A stretch of DNA of 64,000 bases. Source: Azolla caroliniana (Eukaryota > Plantae > Polypodiophyta). The DNA is taken from contig JBHGNT010000006.1 in NCBI GenBank assembly GCA_043228905.1, forward strand, positions 3,348,001 through 3,412,000, written 5' to 3'. Shown piece after piece: positions 35,601-47,892 of this stretch. The first letter of the stretch is position 1. Every line of letters begins with the position of its first letter. The notes beneath the pieces were generated by a model. The model saw nothing but the letters and a program-made list of their open reading frames with translations, was not told the origin of the DNA and did not search any database. The translations under genes were made by a program, and so were the position numbers.

Positions 35601-37242
35601 TTATTAAACCAATTTGTTCTGCCTAGTATGATGCTTAATAGTGTGGGACCAGTGGCATGTTACAGCAATACGATCAATTAACAAGTATATGTGTGCCAAT
35701 CACTAATTCTATAATCATCTTGAAAGTTTCCACACTAATGAAGTAATAATATAATATAAAATAAACACTTTAAAACATTTATTTTGTATCCTTTCCACTT
35801 TCAAGTTGGTTAGGAGTTCTATTATATGAAATGCGCCCATGGTTTTTTATCGAATTTGTACAACATGCATGATACATAGACAAGGTGCGACCTAGTTAAT
35901 GATCTATACAATGGAAAGTAGCATTCTTGAAATCAATAGAGAGGGCATCCACATCGATGGGCAAAATTGAAAATCTGTCTACATTTTGTACGACCTTAAA
36001 TGTGAAACGGATAGTTCCAACTAGGATTGCACATAGATCTTCCCAAGTACATTGAGAAGTTGATGTGAGATCGAAAGTACCAATATTGTATTTATGTACA
36101 TTCTCAAAAACCGATGCGTGGTTATTGATGTGAATTGATGTACGACATAAGAAAGAAAACTAATTGCCAAGTCCCAAATAAGAGAACAACAAATCGGTGT
36201 CTTTTGACGGGTAACAATGTATATTTTGACAAATTTAAGCTCTCACATAAGAAACGAGACAATGATTATCAAAGTCTTTTGGATGGGAAGATTGGATGAA
36301 TTGATGATGTTGACTCGTCTTACACGGTATTTGCTAGAGGCTATCTAATAAGTAAGCATAATATAATGAAAGTTATATCCAAGGGGTGCACAACCACCCG
36401 ACCACCTCCTAGTGATGGCGTGAGACGAACTTGAATCTCCTTGATGTCCCATATTGTTGAGTGTTGGTGCAAGTTGTACGTTGGGTTCCGATAGGATCAC
36501 ACATGATTCATTAACTAGAGCTATGGCCCCATTAACAGAGTCTCAACATAGGTCAAGCCTCCCACCCTAGAAGAAGGTACACATAACCTTCAAGCAAAGA
36601 GCAGAGGGGGGAGATCGAGTTTGTTCGCTTGTGGAATATGATTAAATGCTCATAGGATATATGCATAACCATTCGATTGCCTATTCTTGGGCACTTCAAC
36701 TCATGGACAAGTGCCTAACCCTTCACAAGTTTGAACTACGACACCCATGTGGGGTTGAGTTCTACACACACAAAATATATAACACAACCACCTATTTCTA
36801 CCACCCAACCATCAAACATTTCCACCCCATTCATGTGCCGACTTGCAATCCTCCAATTCATGGGGACATCTCATATACATATAAGGCTCATGCAAACAAT
36901 GTACTGATTGATCCGATGATCTCCGTATGCATGCATGCTCGAGGATTACTATCGCACGATTACTCCATATGCACATCCAAGTCATATTTGAGCAACGAAC
37001 CTTCATGACTTCACACAAAACTACAATAGGGGCTTCATACGAGCATTTGATGCATGTGAATGAGAAATCTCTGTCTGTGGGTCCGCGTCGGTGTGTATGT
37101 GTGTGTGTGTGTCACGAGGAATGCCAAGCGCTTAATGTATGGGACGGATGGACGGACAGACGGACGGGAGGGTGATAAGAGTTGCGGGCCGACCGAACTG
37201 AACTCTCGCTGAGAGGAGTTGTGCCTCCAGGCTCTTATGTAT

Positions 37243-37862
37243 GTCATCCATCTATCCATCTATCCATCCATCCATGGACCATCATGATGCATGCATCCAA
37301 CCACATGATGACCCATCCATCATGATGCATGCATGCATCCCAACCATCATCATCATGATTCATGATGGAAGGATTACAGAAAAGCAGAGACAGAGACAGA
37401 GACAGAGACAGAAAGGCAGAGAGTAGAAGGCAAGGATCATTGTCGTCGATCACCATCCCCTGCTTAGCTTTGCTTTGCTTTGCTTGCTGATTATCCATCT
37501 TCTCCCCCTCCCTATAAAGACAGACAGACAGACAGACAGACAGAAAGAAGGGCCAAGGCAGACAGACATACATACATACATACAGACAGAATCTGAAGGA
37601 AGAGCAGGAAGAGGAGGAGGAGAAGACGACACAGACACAGACACAGACACAGACACACATCCACCCACACAGTCTGGGAGGGACATAGAGTCCCAGAGTT
37701 TTAGGTTTTCTTCAGAAGTAGCAGAAGATCAAGAGGAAAGAGAAACAGAACGGACAAGGAGATAGAGAGAGAGAGAGAGGGCTTGCAGCGGGAAAATCCA
37801 CCTTAATCTGCCATTACTTCTCATCATCATCTTCTTCTTCTTCTTCTTCTTCTTCTTCTTCA
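37243..37862. repeat. Compound microsatellite region (CATC, GACA, CATA, GACACA, GA, CTT) upstream of the SAM gene
   Basis: Directly visible. Confidence 0.9.
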
Positions 37863-37941
37863 TCCTGCTCCTCTGTTGACTGTTTCGCTTTCTCTTCTGA
37901 TCTTTTTTTGCCTCTACTCATTATCATCATCGTCGTAATCA

Positions 37942-39855
37942 ATGACATTGTTGCCTTATTCTCCTGCTGCATATTCGCGGCCATGGAGGAAAGGAAGCAA
38001 GGCCAACAGGAAGAGACGAGGCCCCGAAGCCATTGATTTCTTCATCTGGACTGTGGAGGTTTTTAACACTATCTATCCGTCTATATCTGGATTCTATTTG
38101 ATTTCATTTCTTCTTCTCTGCATTCTTTGATTTCTCTCCCTCTTGTTGTTACTACTATTCCGAGTTTCTCTTCCCATCGTCCTTTTTCCGACTTTTCTTC
38201 TTCCATCATTCCGTTCTCTTCATTTCTTTATCTGTTTTCCTCATTAGGTGTTTGTGTTCTACATTTTTCTTTCTTTTCCTTGTGTTGATCTCTGAGCTTT
38301 TGTCATCAGGAAAATGACAGCGTTTTCCTGTGGACACCTTTAATCCTAAATTACATGTATTTGGCATGTTTGCTTTACTTTCAATCACCTGATTTTTTGT
38401 TGCTGTCTGCTGCTGGCCTTCCATTTTAATAAGAAAAACTTCATTTTTGGTTCTATCTTTGCTGCTTGGTTCGATGTATTCTGTTTTCTCCAATCATTTA
38501 GATGTGTTTTTATCTGAGCGAGGTTGAGTTTTTGTTTTCTGATACCCATATTTTCTGTCATCTTTTTTCCATTTTGATATGCGTTTTTTTGCTCATTCTT
38601 TAGGATGCTGGAGCCTGGTTGGAGGACATTGGATTGGGAAGATACAAGGAAACCTTCAAGCAGAACTATGTCAATGGCGAGTTCCTTGATAAGCTATCTA
38701 ATTTTACTACCGAAGAGATATTGCGGTTCATCAGGCGATCGAGAATGAAATGGGGTGACTTCTTTGTAATGTGTCAAGAGCTTCGTAGGGTGAAAGGTAA
38801 GGATGAAATATTCAAAGATTTGTTGCTGGCATTCATAGGTTAACTGTTTATGTTTAAAATTCGATTTGTTGTCTGGGGTGATGATGATGATGATATGTTA
38901 ATGTTCACAGGGACCAACGTGTCCCATGAGAAGTAAGTGTTCAGGAGAATGAATGCATGTGTGGGGAGAAGTTCTTGGTATATATTCACATGAAACATTG
39001 CCAACTTAAGTAGTGAATATGATATTTATGGGATTCATGTATAATGTTATGAAGCCAGATTACAGGATTAGGCAGGCACTCCTGAGTTTCAGCTGGATAT
39101 CTAGTCGGATATGATTCAATGCAATTTTAGGGTATACAAAAGATTTGATTAGTTTTGATTCATCAATATGACATGAAGTCGGATTATGCATATGGCTAGT
39201 CAACTTATGAAAGAGCATCTTGATTGATGTCTTCTTGTGACCTTGAATCTTATGCATAATATATGCATCCAACTGATCAATTATTGTGGTATATCATAAG
39301 TACATCAAGATAAGTCGATGAACACTATGCATATTTTGATTTAATGTCATATCAAGGAATCTGAACAACTCAAATATGTTTTGACTATCCAAAATTGCAA
39401 TCCCTTAATCCAACCTTATATCACATATATAAATTCAAATAATTGAGTTACTCACTTTGTAAGTCTGGGAATGCATCATACAATATGCATACCAAATGCT
39501 CTCTCGTACAAAAATATTCATTTTGAACCAAATATTTTCATTCGTGCACACACTCGGATAATTGCAATTCCCTTGACTAGATATGAGATGCAGACTGGGC
39601 TTCAATGGAAACATAGGGTTATATACACTGTTTTCTTTGAACTGGGGATGGCAAACAATATGTTGCATTGGTCTTATTCCTTGAAAACAAACAGCTGAAA
39701 GGTTTCATTGGATGTTCTCTGCAGTTGCATGCTTACAAGGAGAGCAAGAGGTGAAAACACCATGGTGGGCACCTCGTTGTTTAAACATGATCTTTGTGAA
39801 ATCTGCAAAACAGAATCGGCATGCCCGTGTGGTGTCATTGAAGTTTGATCCATGA
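37942..39855 (+). CDS. SAM (sterile alpha motif) domain protein, At3g07760-like (3 exons)
   Basis: Exons 37942-38058, 38604-38796 and 39725-39855 give PEAIDFFIWTVE|DAGAWLEDIGLGRY...MKWGDFFVMCQELRRVK|VACLQGEQEVKTPWWAP...VVSLKFDP*. The start ATG is tentative. Confidence 0.85.
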
Positions 39856-40849
39856 TGGAATTAATTCTTATCTTCAAATATTTTGCTTGAGGAGGTAGGG
39901 TTTTTAATTTTAGAATCAGGTAGATAAGATTTGTCTTTTAATTATTGAAGGTGCTGGAAAGCCCAAATTTTTTCTTCCAGTTAGAGTCTATTCAGAGCTT
40001 TGTCGCAACCCGTCAAGGTCTTAGGGAACGTGAGGAATCAGGTTTTTTTAGTACATGGAATAAGACCTTCAGATGTGGTGTTTTTGTTGAATTTCAGCAT
40101 ACCAAAATAAGCAAAAAGACTATATTCCTGAATTTTTTTCTCTTCTGAGTGTGTATCATTAGTTTGACATGAGTGGGGACTCAGATGTAAAGTTTTTATG
40201 AGCACTATTTATGAGGTGTTTAAGCATCTTTATGTAATTTTGTCATGTCTTTTGGGTGAAGGCTCATAAATCGTATTGTATCTCTTTTTGTCCGCTCATG
40301 AGAAAAGAGTTACAATCAACGAGAGGATGTTTCCTAACTTGGGAAAGAGAGAAAGAGGCTTGATTGTTATACATACATTTCATCCATAATTTTCATTCAA
40401 AGGTTATGATCCATGTTTTTCTTTCAAAGATTTCTTCCACTGCCGTAATCAATTGAATTTCATAATTGTTTGAATTTCAAACAGAGATAAGAGGGAACCA
40501 AATTGTCATTTGGTAAACTATAGCAAGTAATTGGATTTAAACCTGAATGTGTGGATTATTAAAAAACACCATCCCAGTAGCATACATAACATGAAGAGTG
40601 AGAACAATCTAATGAAACAATTGTGCGTATAACACATTTATGCTGTCAAGATTATGAACTGTCATGATATATTGGACATTGAGGATGAAAATGTGACCAA
40701 GTATATATGACTATAGTGAAAACACCATATTATTCTAAAGAGCTAAAAATTATAGAGGTTATAATTTCAAATTGTCTGAAGTAAATGTGATTTTTGGCAT
40801 TTAAAATTCAAGAGATTAACAGTTCTCCTTATCCATGGTATATGATATA

Positions 40850-42022
40850 TCATGCCTTAGCCATCTCCATTACAATGAAGTGTGCCCCTTGTTCTTTTGC
40901 TTGAAGGTCAAGTGTAACAGCATGATTATTGTTGCCAACAATCTGTGAGGGTCAAATTGAAATGTAAGTTGATTTATGATATAAGTTTAGATTTATATGA
41001 CTATTCTTTAATTCCCAAATAAAGTATACCTCTAGAGCATCTCGTGCTTCTACCACAATGCTTTCATCTGCATTGTTATGGATGACAGCAAGAGACCCTT
41101 CAATGCAGACAACGTATGCTTGCCTCTTCTTCTCTACAACAAATTCTTGTTTAAAGCCAGCATCAGCTTCCGACACAAAGATGTTGGCATCTTGGTGGAT
41201 GGGTATGATTCCTTCTTTTGTGTTTTCGTCTCCTTGAAACTTTTTATAGCTTGTAATAACATGATGGAGCTTGTTGTGTCGATCTTCTTTCCTATAAATG
41301 GGTTTGAAAAATAAATACATTATAAATGTCATTTAATTTGGAATGATGAAGCATTTGAGGTAATCTGAATTACTTATGAAAGGACACTATTTACAAGTGA
41401 GAAGTAATTGAATCTTTCTGGGACATGATGATAGAAATGGGATATGATCATGTAAATGTATTACAACAAATTCTTTTAGGCTTATCAATAAGATGATTTG
41501 ACCCAATGTTACACGAAAACATTTGGCATGTATGAGCGGAATAAACACTGTAACTTTTGTCCGCTTACATGTTCAAACACAAAAGAGAATATCAAAAAAA
41601 CTGTCAATGTAAATATTCGTTAAAAATGCTAGACATGTGTACCTGAAAATCCGTGACCCATAATTCGGATCATAGCCTAATCGGTCTGGCTTTATCCAAA
41701 TTTGCAAGAAACGAAGTCTGCAAGGCAAGTGAATTCAAAATTTATTATTTTCACAAAATTTAACGAGTCGTTTCTTTAAGTCATGTAGAGTGAAACAAAA
41801 ATAATGATTATTGATGAGCATTGAACTTATATTCAAGATTACGGAAAGGTTTATCACTTATAAATAAACCTCACTTTTATTCAAGATTTTGTGGCTCTAT
41901 GCCTTGGATCGCTAGTCATGATGTGAACGAATTTTTATGCTCTCGGGGTGCTTGGGTATGCAAACATTTAAGTGACATCTTTTCTTTTGGGTGACCCTTA
42001 AGAGTAATATTATTTCTATGTG

Positions 42023-42062
<40 letters not shown>

Positions 42063-42632
42063 ATTAGCTTACCCTAGTGGTAAGTCATTTATATTACTAG
42101 CACTACATCTGTTAGATATAATTAATGATCAACCCCAAGTTGTCAAATTATCCCTATATGTGCACTTAGTGGGCATATTTCGTGATAACGCCCCAAATGA
42201 CTACTATTGTGCAACCTAGCCATATGGGTAGATGAGTAGGACACAATGCTTTTAGGATGGAGCGAAGTAAGCTAATAGGATTGACTAATCAAGTGAACTA
42301 CAAGAATATTTTGTGGGCAAGTTATGATGTACTTAGTCTTGAACTACGTGCCATTAACTTTAAGTACTTCTTGCACTAGCTTGTATCTAGGGAGGTATGT
42401 AATAGAATCTTTGTTTTCATATATCCATCTTTGTGATTGTAACTCTATGTCTGTCTAATCGATCCTCAAAATTTCTAACAACATCTTGGGTTTGAAACCT
42501 AATTTTCTCACCTCTCTATTACACCATATATATCTCTTATTTCACTAGATGCCACCATGGAATGTATGGGTTGAACACATGACCACCTAGTCTCCACTAG
42601 GAAACCTTACCAACTAAGCTACATCCATCTAG

Positions 42633-42673
<41 letters not shown>

Positions 42674-44867
42674 CATTTCGATACAATGTTTCATTTCGAT
42701 ACACATGGCATATTTGGAGGTTGTGGAGTTACCTTTGTTTTTGACACACAAACAAAGCATTCAAAACATTGTGGCTAACTCTCAAGACGATCTTATAATG
42801 CCATATATTCGAAGTATACGATTGCTTCAATGAAAGGACAGAGAGATCAGAGGTCTTACAATTGATTGCCATTGTTCATCTCCGAGTGTGTTACTCCACG
42901 TCCGGCGCTCATATATTGGATACTCCCTCTCCCGAGGGTCTCATGAACACCCATACTAAGAAAAGAAAAGAAAGAACGATGCAAAAGAAGTATTGGTTAG
43001 TAGGTAGCAAAACGATGTTTTGCCTACCATACACAAATCGAGACATAAAGTCATGATGGATCTGTTTTGTTTGTTTCCTGAACTCATCGAAATGTTAAAA
43101 AATATGAGACTTAAAAGGCCATGTGGGAATGGAAAACCTTTATTTCCATCGGTGGTGACGAGACCAAGGTCTGTATGTATGTGTGTGTGTGTGTGTGTGT
43201 GTTGTGTATACACTCTTTACAAACTCGGGTGTTCTTGTGGGCAAAGAATAGTGTGAAACCGAGCTCGATCAAACATAGAAACTACTAATCCAATCCACAC
43301 ACATATATACATATACATATATCAATATGTATGTATATACACACATATAACTATAGATAGGTATAGTCATAGATATATAGATATAGTCTTATTATAGATA
43401 TAGATATATGTAGCTAAATGAGAGAGAGAGAGGATACCTGTCCTTGTGGGTGAGCTCTCCATTGACCACATATGTGAAGATCTCCATGTCCCTATGAGGA
43501 TGCGTCCCAAACCCTGAGCGTGCCTTATCATCACCACCACATTATACATCCATTTCAATTGCTTAATTTTACTATCGATTCATCATCCAATTAATAACAT
43601 GATCCTTTCAAATTAAACCATACTACGGTTACGTAATCGCCAAATACCGCGAAAGAAATTAATTCCTCGGTCACATAACATTACGAGCCCATCAATTGAA
43701 TTCGTCGGTTGTAAGGATTCAAGGCTGCCGATTAATCAAATATGATCTTTGTACTACATAATTCTATCCTTCTAGCTCTTCAATTTGCTTTTTAACTACT
43801 CAAATGATCGAAATAAACACAATTACTTCGTCGAATTTCAGATATTCATTGAGCAATTAATTCAAAACTATGGTCTCGTCATCAGGTGGAACCTATTGGA
43901 GGGGGATCACTGATTCAGAGATTCAAAACTATGGTTCAGTCGGTGAATCTAGAAATTAGGGCAACAGATTGAAACACAATCAAAGAAGTATAAGAAATTG
44001 ATCATCCATCCATTAGATCTAATTAAGAGATTGACCGATTGATTGGCCAATTAGGAAACCTACCTAAATTGTCATAATAAATCAAATGAGAGAATATAAA
44101 TTGTAATAATACCTGTACCAGATCGTCATTGACCACTCGCAAACTCCCAAATTCGCTTCTCTTATGATCATAATACTCCGCGAAACTAATCAATTTTGAG
44201 ACGAAAACCAAAAACTTAATCAACCCAATTTGCAAACACAATTATAGCAACCTATCTCCTTCCCATTACCAATAGCGATAATAATTGCCAAAAACTTCTT
44301 ATGCTAAACTTGACTAGATTAGCCGCATGATTATCGTCATGGAAAACTCAAAAATTAATTGTTTTGACACGATCTAGAGGGCCTTGTCAGTTCTCCTAAT
44401 TGCGATTAAATGGAATACCCAGAAGCAAAATTTGCGCTCTAATCACAATTAGACAAATTGAACATGATTCAAGCCTGGTCTTCCTGATGATGTACATGTC
44501 AACTACTAAATATTAAAAACGGACCCTTAATTACCTGAAATGGAACCGACTTTCTAGCCACGAAGTGGGCCGAGATACATACAAACTTGATGATGGGATG
44601 TGCCTCAGACTAATCGCCGCCCTACATAAATAACAATAATTAGATGAAAGATTAGTTAAAGGGATAATCGAAATAAGTAGGCATGAGCTAGGTTACATGA
44701 ATAATTAGATGGGATAAATAAGATGAGGCAAGTTATAAGAGGGGATATCATATTGAATCAATCAATAAGTCCAAATGATTACATGATTAAGCATATAATA
44801 TTAGTGATGGGCTTGGAGGGATGAATGACAGACAGTGTATGGATTAATTGAACTCCCAGACTTACAT
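40850..44867 (-). CDS. Pirin-family bicupin, YhhW/quercetin 2,3-dioxygenase-like (8 coding exons)
   Basis: Exons 44867-44866, 44621-44535, 44185-44113, 43523-43438, 42955-42860, 41717-41643, 41291-41030, 40942-40850, all GT-AG and phase-compatible. Motifs WLESRFHFSFAEYYD, LRVVNDD, GFGTHPHRDMEI, MSAGRGVTHSEMN, FLQIWIKP. Confidence 0.88.
42060..42633 (-). mobile_element. tRNA-derived SINE-like element between two (CT)n arrays, inside a pirin intron
   Basis: Minus strand reads GGATGTAGCTTAGTTGGTAAG...GTTCAACCC ATACATTCC (A-box, B-box, acceptor-like stem) and ends in (GA)n. Related to 2089-2275. Confidence 0.6.
42110..42480. mobile_element. Solo LTR (371 bp)
   Basis: Termini TGTTAGA...TCTAACA with 5-bp TSD ACATC at 42105-42109 and 42481-42485. 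Confidence 0.85.
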
Positions 44868-45509
44868 GGATAGATTGGTAGTAAGACCGTAAAAACTGGA
44901 TTGGATCAGCAGAGATAATTTAAATTTGAGAAAAGAAGAAGGAAGGGGTATGACTTTGAAATTTTATTCTTGGAGGAAAGGAATGAATAAAGATGTGGAA
45001 GGAAACTAAATGGTTCTAAAATACAGACCCAATAAGAATACTAGTAGTAGTAGTAGTAATAGTATTAGTGGGGTGTTATATATATGTAGCCTACAAAAAT
45101 GGGATGAGATATATATATATATATATATTTATAAGACCATAAAGTAAAGTACAGAATATATATTGAATTTAATGAATTTATTCATTCAGTGTGTGTCCTC
45201 TGAATTGGGATAAGGTGTGAAAGCCTAATTTAAGGTATTTGTTTCACATCATGTGGTAGGAATCAGGATATATGTATAGTAAAGTATTAAGTATAGTGTG
45301 TTTTCTAGCAAATAAACAACATAATATAATTCACCCTCATTGCCTATAGACTCCCCCATCCCAATGGTGTGACGCTCGCACATATGACACGCGATACACA
45401 TCGGATTCGATGTCACCATTGCGCTATGCCCTTATGTCATCCAACATTATAATTAATCTCTATACATACATTTATGGATCGTGTCCCTCTACGTGGCGAC
45501 ATGATCCGC

Positions 45510-45683
45510 ATGTATGTATTTAGTGCATGTATGTATGTATGTACGGATGTATGTATGTATGTACCGTATGTTCGTACGTATGTACGTACGTTCGTATGTA
45601 TTTATGTATGTATGTATGGATGGATGCATGCTTGTATGTATGTATGTATGTATGTACAGATGCATGCATGTATGTCTGTATGT
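45510..45683. repeat. (TATG)n degenerate microsatellite
   Basis: Directly visible. Contains TTTAGTGC, the reverse complement of GCACTAAA. Confidence 0.9.
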
Positions 45684-46471
45684 ATTGGGTCTATTGAATG
45701 TGAATGCGTGGTGTCCTTCTTCTAATATGTGGGTTCAATTACTATTTCACCCGACATTTCGGTTAATCGTACAGAATGGGAGAAATCGATCATTGCACAA
45801 ACTAGTGATATGATGTGGTTTTCGTCATTTGGAGAAACAAAAAACATATGGGAGCCCGACATTGTTCCGAAAGCTTCGCCAGTTTATGTATAAGTTATAA
45901 CTTGACAAATATTTCTTGGACTGCATGAAGCCAACCAACTTTTCTAAGGGAATTTTAGCAAGACCCTAGTAATTTGATCAATTGGAAAAACATGTTTTCC
46001 ATGAGGCCTACCACACACCTAAATTCTTTCCATCTCAACACTTTTTTGTTTTGCTAGTTCACCATCAAAATTCACTTTCTTCATGATTCAAAGTTTGAAG
46101 TGAGCTTGGTAATTATGACCCATACAAAGTTTGATGTGATTGTTAATCGAATTCCTCTTTCCACATGACCCAAATTCAAAGTCTTTGTTGTCATATTCGA
46201 TTCACCTTGTAGACAACGTTAAAAAGATTTGTTTCTTATTTAGCTTTCATTTGGCCAACTTGAGTATACAATTACATTGGGGAGCTTGTTTTCATGAAAA
46301 CAAGCAAGTACATACTTTATGCGAAAACACAATTAATTCAAGTGTATGTGGGAAAACACTACATTTGATGCATTCCCCCTGTCACCCTCACAACCTCCTT
46401 TGTTTTCGTAAATAATGGCTTCATTATGAAAGAAAAAATGTGTGTGTGTGTGTGTCTCTCTCTCTCTTTGG

Positions 46472-46571
46472 TGAAAACACACAATTATATTAATAAATGT
46501 GTGTAAAAAACACTACTTACAATGGGTGCGACAATGAAGTATGGTGACCCACTAACTACATTACATAGGTA
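46472..46571 (-). repeat. Second copy of the 1964-2063 dispersed repeat
   Basis: Reverse-complement match, with a GA/CA tail at 46440-46468. Confidence 0.7.
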
Positions 46572-46683
46572 ATCAATTTCCAAAATGCTCGAGATTTTCC
46601 TTATTTCCGCAAAATGACCTTTTCTCAACTCCTAACAGAGAAATTATTTGGTCATTCATCCCCTTCTTTTTTGAAATACATGT

Positions 46684-46723
<40 letters not shown>

Positions 46724-46726
<3 letters not shown>

Positions 46727-47055
46727 AGTGAGATAGGGCGTTGGGGCACAATTGATGAGAGTGGTCGTCTATGCACACTTTGCTTTAAACAAGTTCATGA
46801 ATCTAAGGATCACACTTTGATACAATGCTCTGCATTTGATCATATTCGACCATGCTTTCCACATCTCTTCGACCGAGCCCAATCCATACAAGAATTCCTG
46901 TCACAACCACAATGTGCACTCTCGATTGCAACATTCATTGGTAAAGTTCTTGAACATCGAGTGTTGCTACTCACTTTCACACATATCATGTTTTTGGTCT
47001 CATAGGTCATATTTGACCTATGAAGACAATAATATAATCTATCTATCTATCTATC
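46724..47055 (+). mobile_element. 5'-truncated non-LTR retrotransposon 3' end
   Basis: EIGRW...RLCTLC...ESKDHTLIQC...IR is a LINE ORF2 C-terminal CCHC motif. It is followed by a 3' hairpin and an (ATCT)n tail, and it abuts a (CT)n array. Confidence 0.7.
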
Positions 47056-47892
47056 TCTCCGTGCATGCGATAACAAGCCCTACTAAGAAGACTAGGAAAG
47101 AAGAAAGAATAAGAGGTGGAATGGAACTACAAGAAAATTCGACACTAAGAGACCATAAGGATTCATATGGGTTCATGTATACATACAAGAAAGTTTGGGT
47201 GGCAAACGGACCAACCCATGATTTGAATATGGTGTCAGACCAAAACACAATTTTAGAATATCACAAATGAATTATCATAGTTGTAAATGTCAATGACACA
47301 TAACGCTATGTTCACCATATTTCACATCTAAAAAGCATTTCAATGAATGGCAATGTCAATTGCATAGAATTTCCTGCATGTTGATGAAGTTGTTCTTCGC
47401 TAAGAAGACCCCAAAAAATGACTTCATAACCTTGATTATAGCCCTTGGTTCACCTTGATTTGTATGCACATTCATTGAGAGACATCTTGAATCATTATCA
47501 TTCAACGCTTGAATATGATGTGCTTTTGAATCATTATCATTAAACGAGAAGATTTAATTCATTTAATCCTACCATGGAGACGAGACGAGGTAAAGTGCAT
47601 CATTTGATGGACACATATAATAGAAATCTAATTAAATCTAACATATCAAAGTGGAGCCAACATGTGTAAATAGGATTTCGTTATTACAATGATTATGCTT
47701 TGCTACCTTTGGGTAGAAAAGCTACCTATGAATAAAAGAATCAATCTAATATATTAGCATGAACAAAGGACATGGGTAGATAAGGGATTTGTATGTGGTA
47801 ATGTACAAGTAACAATCTCTTCATATACTTATATATTTACGTCTGTATGTATGTATATATACCATAATATTAAAAACAGGGTATGAGGATAT

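Noticed and set aside
42555-42628. Possible tRNA gene (also at 2089-2220)
   Set aside because: The arms do not form a full cloverleaf, the copies are diverged, and they carry shared tails. Treated as SINE heads.
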